From an uncultured Peptoniphilaceae bacterium (lineage in GTDB: Bacteria; Bacillota; Clostridia; Tissierellales; Peptoniphilaceae), in assembly GCA_964523385.1 (NCBI GenBank), contig CAZFXW010000001.1, forward strand, positions 1 through 55,454: a stretch of DNA of 55,454 nucleotides, read 5' to 3'. A model generated the notes under the pieces. It made no database searches. It saw nothing but the letters and a program-made list of their open reading frames with translations, and was not told the origin of the DNA. The position numbers and the translations under genes are program-made. Within the stretch, counting starts at the first letter, position 1. Every line of letters starts with the position of its first letter. Of the stretch, positions 28,987 to 37,220 are shown piece after piece.

Positions 28987-30239
28987 AGGGATTAATTGTT
29001 ACGGGAGGGTCTTCTAAGTCGGGAAAGACTATCTTTACTCTAGGCCTACTTAGGCTGTTTCAGAGGAAGGGCTTAGATTTTTCATCCTTTAAGTTAGGAC
29101 CAGATTACATTGATTTGGCCTATCATCAGAGGATAACCGGTGGAAGAAGTGGAAATCTAGATTATTATATGCAGGGATCTCTAGAGGCCTTGGGAAGGAA
29201 TCCAGCTGACTTTGTGATTATGGAAGGAGCTATGGGCTACTTTGATGGGATTGGCAATGGCAAGGTTAACTCTGCCTTTGACCTGGCTCAGAAGACAGGA
29301 GCTCCGAGCCTTTTGGTCTATATGCCTGTTGGGGAGATGTTTACAGTTGTGACCAAGATTAAGGGGATGATCGACTACGCTAGGGGAACTATTGGGGCTA
29401 TAGTCGTAAATTGCGTATCGAAAAACACCTACTTTATGCTTAAAGAAGCCATAGAGAGGGAAACGGGAGTCCCAGTTATTGGCTATATTCCCTACGACAC
29501 TGATCTGACCATAGAGTCTAGGCACCTAGGCCTTATGATGCCAGATGAAATTGAAAATTTAGATGAGATTATTGAAAAGACTGCCGACTATATAAATGAG
29601 AATGTGGGCATGGACAAGTTTCTGACCCTCTTCGGTAAACTTTGGCCAGTGGAAATAAAAAGACAGGACAAGCTGGGCCTAACCATTGGAGTAGCCAAAG
29701 ACCAGGCCTTTACCTTCCACTATAAGGAGAATCTGGAAATCCTAGAGGAGATGGGAGAGCTTATCTACTTTTCCCCTTTAGAAGATGAAAGATTGCCGGA
29801 CGTAGACCTGGTGATCATCGGTGGAGGATATCCAGAGCTTTATCTGGAAAAATTAGGGGCAAATAAATCTATGAGGCAGAGCATTAAAGACTATTGGAAG
29901 GCTGGAGGCAGGATATTTTCCTATGGCGGTGGCTATACCTATCTGGTTGAAGATTTTGACGGCTATGAGATGGTGGGAATCTTTAAGGGCCATGGCCATA
30001 TGACTGATTCCCTCCAAGGCTTTGGCTATTGTCTGGTCAAGGGCCAAGGAGTTGAACTGCCGGCTAGGGAGTACAGAAGGTCTAAGGTTGAAGGTGGAGG
30101 CGAGGACTTCTACTTTGTTAAGGTTGGAGATGGTTCTATGACCAGGGGTGGGGAAGTTTCTAAAAAGGCTATGGGCTTCCACCCCCACATCAATCTTTTA
30201 GCCTGGAGGGACTTTATAAGGGATTTTGCCCAGGCCTAA
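28983..30239 (+). CDS. cbiA: Cobyrinate a,c-diamide synthase
   Basis: N-terminal P-loop TGGSSKSGKT and a C-terminal GATase-like half (GGGYPELY..). Confidence 0.8.
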   Translation: MKGLIVTGGSSKSGKTIFTLGLLRLFQRKGLDFSSFKLGPDYIDLAYHQRITGGRSGNLDYYMQGSLEALGRNPADFVIMEGAMGYFDGIGNGKVNSAFDLAQKTGAPSLLVYMPVGEMFTVVTKIKGMIDYARGTIGAIVVNCVSKNTYFMLKEAIERETGVPVIGYIPYDTDLTIESRHLGLMMPDEIENLDEIIEKTADYINENVGMDKFLTLFGKLWPVEIKRQDKLGLTIGVAKDQAFTFHYKENLEILEEMGELIYFSPLEDERLPDVDLVIIGGGYPELYLEKLGANKSMRQSIKDYWKAGGRIFSYGGGYTYLVEDFDGYEMVGIFKGHGHMTDSLQGFGYCLVKGQGVELPAREYRRSKVEGGGEDFYFVKVGDGSMTRGGEVSKKAMGFHPHINLLAWRDFIRDFAQA

Positions 30240-30248
30240 GGAGGTTAC

Positions 30249-30866
30249 ATGTATATTAGAGAACCGGTGAAAATTGAAAGTAATTCAATGGATATAATCG
30301 ACCAATACCTAGCTGATGTCTCCTTTAAAGAAGAGGAGCTACCGGTGGTCAAGAGGATGATCCACACTACGGGAGATGTGGATTATAGGCATATTATTGA
30401 ATTTCAAGGGGATTTTATGGCCAAGGCCCTGGCTTCTATCCAAGGCCAGACTATCTACACCGATACCAATATGATTAGGGCGGGGGTAAATAAGCAGGCT
30501 CTGGAAAAGGCCAGCTGTTCTTTGCTCACCTTGGTAGCTGACCAGGAGGTTTATAAAGAGGCAGAGGTCAGGGGAATTACCCGTTCCATTGTGGCCTTGG
30601 AGAAGGCTGTTGAGGTAGGGGTTAGGATTTTTGTCATTGGCAATGCTCCGACAGCCCTCTTTAGGCTGATTGAGTTAGTAGAAGAAGGAAGGGTTGAACC
30701 AGATTTTGTGGTTGGAGTCCCAGTAGGCTTTGTGGGAGCAGCAGAGTCTAAGGAAGCCCTTAGGCAGGTTGATTTGCCAGCGGTGACTACAGTGGGCAAC
30801 AAGGGAGGTTCGAATGTGGCCGCTTCGGTTATCAACGCCCTCCTCTACCAAGTTGTAGGAAGATGA
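30249..30866 (+). CDS. cbiC: Cobalt-precorrin-8 methylmutase
   Basis: RMIHTTGDVDY and IGNAPTALF motifs; 205 aa. Confidence 0.85.
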   Translation: MYIREPVKIESNSMDIIDQYLADVSFKEEELPVVKRMIHTTGDVDYRHIIEFQGDFMAKALASIQGQTIYTDTNMIRAGVNKQALEKASCSLLTLVADQEVYKEAEVRGITRSIVALEKAVEVGVRIFVIGNAPTALFRLIELVEEGRVEPDFVVGVPVGFVGAAESKEALRQVDLPAVTTVGNKGGSNVAASVINALLYQVVGR

Positions 30867-31924
30867 AGGAATACGTTCAAGTAGGAGGCAAGAAGCTTAG
30901 GCTAGGCTATACAACTGGCTCTTGTGCTGCTGGAGCTGCCCTGGCTGCTGGCCTTTACTTAGAAGGCCATGAGCCGAGTCAGGTTAGATTGATGACGCCA
31001 GTTGGTATAGACTTAGAATTAGAGGTAGTCAGACCAGAGTTAGGAGCGGGCTGGGCTAGCTCTTGTATTATTAAGGACGGAGGGGACGACCCAGATGCTA
31101 CTGATGGCATGGAGATTTGCGCCATAGTTAGGAAAAGGGAAGACGGCCAGATTTGCATCAGTGGAGGTCAAGGAATTGGAGTAATCAAAAAAAAGGGGCT
31201 TTTTGGCCAGCTGGGAGAGGCGGCTATCAATCCCGTTCCCCGGCAGATGATTAGGGAGGCTCTAGAAAGTCTGAGTCCAGAAGGCTATGATGTGGAAATT
31301 TTTGCCCCTAGAGGAGAAGAGGTGGCCTTGAAAACCTATAACTCTAGGCTGGGTATAGAAGGTGGAATTTCCATTATCGGGACTAAGGGAATCGTCTACC
31401 CTATGAGCCAGGAGGCTATCATCAAGACTATTTATTTGGAGATAGACGTGGCTCTTGCTGAGTATGGGCCAGAGTCAATCCTCTTGGTGCCTGGCAACTA
31501 TGGGGAGAAGAGGGCCAGCCAGTTAGGCTATCAGTTTCCCTCAGTTCAGATGTCTAACTATGTGGGGGACGCCCTTAAGTATGCAGTAGAAAAGGGTTTT
31601 AAAAAGCTCTACCTCTTAGGCCATATTGGCAAGTTCGCCAAACTGGCCCTGGGGATTTTTAACACCCACAGCGCCTATGCTGACACTAGGCTAGAGGCCT
31701 TTGTCTACTACCTATTTAAATTGGGAGCTCCTAGGGATTTTATTCTAGAGCTTGAGTCCCTTACATCGGCGGAAGAGGCTATGAATTATTGTATAGACCA
31801 GGGCTATGGAGAGGTAATTAGGCGGATGGAAAAGGGGGCTGAGGATAGGATTAGGGCCTATCTAAGGGCAGATGTGGATGTGGAAGTGAGGATTTACAGT
31901 ATGGAGGGCGGAGATGAGGGCTAA
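30863..31924 (+). CDS. cbiD: Cobalt-precorrin-5B C1-methyltransferase
   Basis: LRLGYTTGSCAAGAA N-terminal motif; 353 aa. Confidence 0.85.
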   Translation: MKEYVQVGGKKLRLGYTTGSCAAGAALAAGLYLEGHEPSQVRLMTPVGIDLELEVVRPELGAGWASSCIIKDGGDDPDATDGMEICAIVRKREDGQICISGGQGIGVIKKKGLFGQLGEAAINPVPRQMIREALESLSPEGYDVEIFAPRGEEVALKTYNSRLGIEGGISIIGTKGIVYPMSQEAIIKTIYLEIDVALAEYGPESILLVPGNYGEKRASQLGYQFPSVQMSNYVGDALKYAVEKGFKKLYLLGHIGKFAKLALGIFNTHSAYADTRLEAFVYYLFKLGAPRDFILELESLTSAEEAMNYCIDQGYGEVIRRMEKGAEDRIRAYLRADVDVEVRIYSMEGGDEG

Positions 31925-32504
31925 GTTAGCTGGGATTGGCCCGGGAAATCCTAGGCTTTTGACTGTTGAGGTTAGGGATTTGATTCTAGAGGAAGAGAGG
32001 GTCTTGGCCTTTAGGCGGGCTGGCCAGTCTCTGGCAAATTTACGGGAAGATATTGAGATTATTAGGACTAGGGGAGATATCTTACCTAAGCTGGCCCAGG
32101 GCCCTGCTTTGGTTTTGGCATCGGGAGATCCTATGTATTATGGTATTTTTGATTATTTAGAGCGAGAAGGGGTGGAGCTTGAAGTTTATCCAGGTCTTTC
32201 CTCCATCCAATATTTTGCAGCCCAGGGGAGTTTTTCCTGGCAGGATGCTTATCTAGGTAGTTTCCACGGTAGGGAGATGGATTTTTCAGGCCTAGAGGCC
32301 AGGGAAAAGGCTCTTTATTTTACCGACTCGGTTCACACGCCTAGTTATATTTCTAAGGCCCTCTACCAGAAGGGCTTTAGGGGCCAGATTATGGCAGGCT
32401 ATGATTTGTCCTATGATAGTCAATCGATACAAAATAGAGTGATTGGCCAGGTTTTCGAGGAGGTCTCGACCTTGGCCGTCGTGTATATTAGGAGAGAAAT
32501 ATGA
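31914..32504 (+). CDS. cbiE: Cobalt-precorrin-7 C5-methyltransferase
   Basis: LAGIGPGNPRLLT and ASGDPMYYG motifs. Directly precedes cbiT. Confidence 0.8.
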   Translation: MRAKLAGIGPGNPRLLTVEVRDLILEEERVLAFRRAGQSLANLREDIEIIRTRGDILPKLAQGPALVLASGDPMYYGIFDYLEREGVELEVYPGLSSIQYFAAQGSFSWQDAYLGSFHGREMDFSGLEAREKALYFTDSVHTPSYISKALYQKGFRGQIMAGYDLSYDSQSIQNRVIGQVFEEVSTLAVVYIRREI

Positions 32505-33046
32505 AGTTTTTAAGAGATGAGGATTTTATAAGAGGGGAAATACCTATGACCAAGGGGGATATAAGAATCCTAACCTTGTCCAGGTTAAAGATTAGTCCGG
32601 GTATGACCTGTTTAGACATAGGAGCGGGAACTGGTAGCGTGTCTATCGAGATGGGTAGGATGGGTGGTGTAGTTACCTCTGTGGAAAAAAGACCAGAGGC
32701 AGTTGAGCTTATTAAGGGTAATTCCCAGTTCCAGGATGTGAAGGTGAATATTATAGAGGGGACTGCTCCAGGTGATTTGCCTGACCAGATGTGGGATAGG
32801 ATATTTATTGGAGGATCTAATGGTAAGCTGAAAGAACTGCTCCAATACTCCTATGACCACTTAAACCCTGGTGGTAAGTTGGTTATCAACTGTATTATCA
32901 TTAGCAATGCGGTCATTAGCTACGACTTTATGAAGCACCACTTTACCAGTGCTTCTATGACCTTGGTTTCAATTGCCAACACTAACCAGTATGGCATGAT
33001 GATCGGGGACAATCCAATTTATGTTTTAGAGGCAACTAAGCTTTGA
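32501..33046 (+). CDS. cbiT: Cobalt-precorrin-6B C15-methyltransferase (decarboxylating)
   Basis: SAM-binding DIGAGTGSVSIE motif; 181 aa; follows cbiE. Confidence 0.8.
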   Translation: MKFLRDEDFIRGEIPMTKGDIRILTLSRLKISPGMTCLDIGAGTGSVSIEMGRMGGVVTSVEKRPEAVELIKGNSQFQDVKVNIIEGTAPGDLPDQMWDRIFIGGSNGKLKELLQYSYDHLNPGGKLVINCIIISNAVISYDFMKHHFTSASMTLVSIANTNQYGMMIGDNPIYVLEATKL

Positions 33047-33801
33047 TTTACTTTGTGGGAGCAGGGCCTGGGGCGGCAGACCTGATAACCGTCAGAGGTC
33101 TAGAGCTTATCAAGAAAGCAGATATTATCGTTTACGCCGGCTCCTTGGTTTCCAAGGACCATTTAAAGGCAGCCAAGCAGGGCTGTCTTTTCTATAATTC
33201 AGCTGAAATGGCCTTGCCAGAGATAGTTCAGGTCCTAGAAAAAGGGGCGAGGGAAGGCAAGTTGGCGGTTCGGCTCCACACGGGAGATCCGTCGATTTAC
33301 GGGGCTATTGGTGAGCAGATGAAGGAGCTGGATAAACTGGGACTGGCCTACCAGCTAGTACCAGGTGTCTCTTCCTTTACTGCCGCCAGTGCAGCGGTAA
33401 AAAAGGAGATGACCTTGCCAGGTCTTAGCCAGACTATTATCATAACTCGTTTGGCAGGACGAACTCCTGTGCCGGAAGATGAAAGGCTCCAGGACCTGGC
33501 TAGCCATGGTGCCTCTATGGCGATTTTCTTGAGCGTCCAGAATATGGATGGAGTAGTTGAAGCTTTAGAGGAAGGCTATGGGCGAGATGTAGCAGTGGCT
33601 GTAGTTTACAAGGCTAGCTGGCCAGAAGAGAAAATAGTCAGAGGAACCTTGGCAGATATAGCTGAAAAGGTGGAAGAGGCGGGGATTAGTAGGCAGGCTA
33701 TGATTTTAGTCGGAGATTTTTTAGAAGATGGACTGGATTTTGACTACTCAAAGCTCTACGATGAGACCTTTAGCACAGATTTTAGGCAGGCTGAGAGATG
33801 A
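33043..33801 (+). CDS. cbiF: Cobalt-precorrin-4 C11-methyltransferase
   Basis: IYFVGAGPGAADLITVRG and RLHTGDPSIYGA motifs. Confidence 0.85.
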   Translation: MIYFVGAGPGAADLITVRGLELIKKADIIVYAGSLVSKDHLKAAKQGCLFYNSAEMALPEIVQVLEKGAREGKLAVRLHTGDPSIYGAIGEQMKELDKLGLAYQLVPGVSSFTAASAAVKKEMTLPGLSQTIIITRLAGRTPVPEDERLQDLASHGASMAIFLSVQNMDGVVEALEEGYGRDVAVAVVYKASWPEEKIVRGTLADIAEKVEEAGISRQAMILVGDFLEDGLDFDYSKLYDETFSTDFRQAER

Positions 33802-34754
33802 TAGCCTATCTTTGTTTCACTAAGGGAGGCTTAGGCTTAGCTGAGACCTTGTCCCAGAAGAATCCAGGCAGGATTATCTACAATAGGGAAGAGAAGATTA
33901 AGCCTTTGATGGCAGAACTTTGGGCTCTAAAGGCTTTGGTCTTTATCTCTGCCAGTGGAATTGCCGTCAGGTATATAGCACCCTATGTGAAGGACAAGGC
34001 TAAAGATCCAGCGGTAATTGTAATTGACGAGGGAGGGACCTATGCTATTTCCCTTCTTTCAGGTCATCTAGGAGGAGCCAACGAGCTGGCCAGGGATTTG
34101 GCCAGGCTAGTTGGGGCTGAGCCTGTTATAACAACGGCTTCAGAAGTTAAAGGCCTAGAGAGTATAGACAGTTATGCCCAGAGGATGAATTTGGTTATTG
34201 AGGATTTATCCTCTTTGGCCAAGGTTATGGGTCCTTTAGTAGATGGGGCTCCTCTTTTTATCTATGGCCAAAGCCACTATCCCTATGATAATCTAACCAA
34301 CCTAGAGGGAGCCCAAGTAGTTCTGGTTCAAAGCGATGAGCTAGTTTCCTTTGACAAGCCGACGGCGGTCTTAAGGCCTAGGTCCTTAGTTCTAGGTTTA
34401 GGGGCTAAGAAAGGTGTGACCTGCCAAGCTGTTGGCCGGGCTATATCAGGAGCTTTAAAAGAACTAGGTCTGGCAGAAGGTTCAGTCTACCGGGTCAACA
34501 GTATAGACTTGAAGAAAGAAGAGCAGGGAATTTTAGATTTTTGCCAGGAAAAGGGTCTGGAGTTTTTTACCTACTCGGCCCAGGAACTGGACCAGGTGAA
34601 AGGTGATTTTGAGGAAAGTGACTTTGTAAGGTCGGTTACAGGCTTAGGGTCTGTATCCTCAAGGGCTGCCTTGGCAGAAGGTGGAGACTTGCTTTTAGAC
34701 AAGTATGTTTTAGATGGAGTTACGGTTTCCGTAGCTAGGAGGGAAGATGGGTAA
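33798..34754 (+). CDS. cbiG: Cobalt-precorrin-5A hydrolase
   Basis: A two-domain 318-aa protein with ..FISASGIAVRYIAP.. and ..LGLGAKKG... Sits between cbiF and cbiH, as in anaerobic cbi operons. Confidence 0.75.
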   Translation: MIAYLCFTKGGLGLAETLSQKNPGRIIYNREEKIKPLMAELWALKALVFISASGIAVRYIAPYVKDKAKDPAVIVIDEGGTYAISLLSGHLGGANELARDLARLVGAEPVITTASEVKGLESIDSYAQRMNLVIEDLSSLAKVMGPLVDGAPLFIYGQSHYPYDNLTNLEGAQVVLVQSDELVSFDKPTAVLRPRSLVLGLGAKKGVTCQAVGRAISGALKELGLAEGSVYRVNSIDLKKEEQGILDFCQEKGLEFFTYSAQELDQVKGDFEESDFVRSVTGLGSVSSRAALAEGGDLLLDKYVLDGVTVSVARREDG

Positions 34755-35469
34755 GTTATTTGTGGTGGGGCTGGGGCCTGGAGGTAGGGATTTAATGACC
34801 CTTAGGGCCTTAGAGGTAATAAAGAAATCCGATGCAGTGGTGGGTTACAAGCCCTATATTGAGTATATTGAGGATTTGCTTAATGGCAAGGAGGTCTTTG
34901 CCAATAGCATGAGGGGAGAGTTGGAAAGGTGCCAAAGGGCTATAGACTATGCCCTAGCTGGTAAGATAACGTCTATTGTATCAACTGGAGACCCTGGTAT
35001 ATACGGCATGGCCGGGCCTATCTTAGAGATGGCTCCAGAGTCCTTGGAGGTGGAAGTAGTTCCGGGGGTGACTTCCCAGCACTCGGCAGGGGCAGAGTTG
35101 GGAGCTCCACTTATGCATGACGGGGCTAATATCTCCCTCTCTGATTTGCTTACGTCTTACGATTTGATTATGGAAAGGGTGGAAGCGGCTGCCAGTTCGG
35201 ATATGCTTATCTCCCTCTATAATCCTAGGTCTATGGGTAGACAAAAACACTTGCCTCAGGCGCTGGAGATTATAGGCAGGTACAGGGAGGGTTCTACTCC
35301 TGTTGGCATTGTAAGGGATTCGGGTAGGCCGGGCACCCAGATTCTAATCACTAGCCTAGACCAGGTGGATGTAGAGCTGATGGACATGAAGACTATGGTG
35401 ATTATAGGCAATTCTAAGACCTTTATTAGAGGTGGGAAGATGATTACCCCGAGGGGATATGAGCTGTGA
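34747..35469 (+). CDS. cbiH: Cobalt-factor III (precorrin-3B) C17-methyltransferase
   Basis: LFVVGLGPGGRDLMTLRA and STGDPGIYGMAG motifs. Confidence 0.85.
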   Translation: MGKLFVVGLGPGGRDLMTLRALEVIKKSDAVVGYKPYIEYIEDLLNGKEVFANSMRGELERCQRAIDYALAGKITSIVSTGDPGIYGMAGPILEMAPESLEVEVVPGVTSQHSAGAELGAPLMHDGANISLSDLLTSYDLIMERVEAAASSDMLISLYNPRSMGRQKHLPQALEIIGRYREGSTPVGIVRDSGRPGTQILITSLDQVDVELMDMKTMVIIGNSKTFIRGGKMITPRGYEL

Positions 35470-36200
35470 TTTGGATTGTCGGTGGAACCGGTGAGACTCG
35501 GGAGCTAATCCATGGCCTAGGAGACATAGACTATGTGGTCACGGTGGCTACAGATGAGGGGCTGGATTTCCTACCAGATCCAGCTAAGGGACTGGTAGGA
35601 AGGTTAGATTACAAGCAAATGGTAGATTTGGTTAGGAAAAATAAAATTCAGCTTATTGCTGATATAAGTCATCCCTTTGCTAGCCAGGTTTCTGGAAATC
35701 TCAAAAAATTAGCCTTGGACTTAGGCCTAGCCTATCTTAGGTATGTGAGGCCAGCTATTGATTATGGCGGCAATGTTATTAGAGTTGGCTCCTATGAAGA
35801 GGCTTGTGATTTAATTCAAGGCTTAGAAGGGACTTTTTTCTTTACTACCGGAGTCAACAAGGCTGAGGACTTTATCCATGTTCAAGGGGATAGGAGATTT
35901 GTCTTTAGGGTCTTACCTGTAGCCAGTTCTATAGAAAAGCTTAGGGATTTAGGTTTGGAACTTAGGAATATCTATGCAGGCCTAGGGCCCTTTAGCGCTG
36001 GTTTAAATAAGGAGATGCTTTTAGCTACAGGAGCTAATTATTTGGTGACCAAGGAAAGTGGCAAAGACGGCGGTTTTTATGAGAAACTACAGGGCGCTGA
36101 AGCTGCTGGGGCTCTGGTTATTGTCATAGACAGAGAGGAAGAAGAGGGGCTAGGAGACATTAGCTTACTGATAAAAGAAATATATAAAATAATTGAATAA
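35466..36200 (+). CDS. cbiJ: Cobalt-precorrin-6A reductase
   Basis: IWIVGGTGETREL N-terminus, DISHPFA and TKESGKDGG motifs. Last gene of the operon. Confidence 0.8.
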   Translation: MIWIVGGTGETRELIHGLGDIDYVVTVATDEGLDFLPDPAKGLVGRLDYKQMVDLVRKNKIQLIADISHPFASQVSGNLKKLALDLGLAYLRYVRPAIDYGGNVIRVGSYEEACDLIQGLEGTFFFTTGVNKAEDFIHVQGDRRFVFRVLPVASSIEKLRDLGLELRNIYAGLGPFSAGLNKEMLLATGANYLVTKESGKDGGFYEKLQGAEAAGALVIVIDREEEEGLGDISLLIKEIYKIIE

Positions 36201-36271
36201 TGATAGCCTTTTATTATAATTAGAGTTGTTAAACTTTTAAATATACTTATTAATATAAAGGAGGAGTAGCA

Positions 36272-36862
36272 TTGGGCGACTCAAAAAATATTCTGATTGC
36301 TCAAGGTGGTGGCAGGTAGTTAGGCAACACTACCAGAATAGTAGGTTCTTTTAGAAGAGGGGCTGAAGAAGCGGGACATAGGTAGAATTAGTAAACTTGA
36401 ACAATTACAGAGTAGAAGGCTGCGTTGAGTGTAACTCTTGCAGGTTGACAAATGTTTGCGTTTTAGATGACGACTTTAATTCTATTGTGCCTAAGATAAA
36501 GGAAGCTGATGCATTGGTTATCGCTTCGCCTCTGTACTTTTGGACTATAAATACTAGGCTTCTAGCCTTTGTAGAAAGATTTTATTCAATTGCAAAGAAG
36601 GATGTCACCCAACTCTTTGGAGGGATCAGAAGTATGATAAGAAGGACTGTGCTCTTTTGATAACCGCATCAGATGATCAGCCATGGACTTTTGATCACGT
36701 CCACAATTACTACAACAATATTTTTGTCAACTATATGGGCTTTTATGACCTAGGTTCTATTCTTGCGGGAGGCTGTGGAGAGACCCATGGGCCGGCAAAA
36801 ATAGACAAGACTAGGTAGAGTTGGATAAGGCCTATGAATTTGCGAAAAACTTGTACAAATAA
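36272..36862 (+). pseudogene. Flavodoxin-like NAD(P)H-dependent FMN reductase / iron-sulfur flavoprotein gene, decayed
   Basis: Behind AAGGAGGAG: ..KNILIAQGGGR(TAG)LGNTTRIVGSFRRGAEEAGH. A frameshift follows, then VELVNLNNYRVEGCVECNSCR..ADALVIASPLYFWTIN (ORF 36397-36660). Further frameshifts give ..CALLITASDDQPW..GSILAGGCGE.. and ..LDKAYEFAKNLYK. Confidence 0.65.
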
Positions 36863-36877
36863 AAGTGCTAAAAAGGC

Positions 36878-37179
36878 TTGACATAAAATATCTTATCGGT
36901 TAAAGTATTGAATAACAGATATGATAAAGGAAAAATAGAAACTAGTAACTTTAGCAGAGGCTTTCAGAGAGTCGCCGGCTGGTGAGAGGCGATAAGATTA
37001 GCTAGGGTGAATACATTCTATTCCTTCCCACCGAATTGAGTAGGCTGGGACGGTTTCTCCCGTTATAGAGATAGGGTGTCGATTATTCTGCACTCGAAGA
37101 GGCAGGCCTCGCGAGGGGTTTGTGAATCAAGGTGGTAACACGAGTAAGCGCTCGTCCTTTATAGGATGGCGCTTTTTTA
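36878..37179 (+). promoter_or_regulatory. Promoter plus T-box leader (apparent Tyr specifier UAC) with a terminator/antiterminator
   Basis: Promoter: TTGACA 36878-36883, 17-nt spacer, TAAAGT 36901-36906. Stem I elements: AGAGAG 36966-36971 and TGGTGAGAG 36980-36988. Specifier context GAA-TAC-A at 37009-37015. AGTAGG 37039-37044 and CCCGTTAT 37059-37066. T-box motif AATCAAGGTGGTAACACGAG at 37125-37144. Terminator hairpin plus a T-run at 37146-37179. Confidence 0.8.
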
Positions 37180-37220
37180 TTTTGCCATTTTTGCTTAAAA
37201 TTATTTTGGAGGAACAATAG

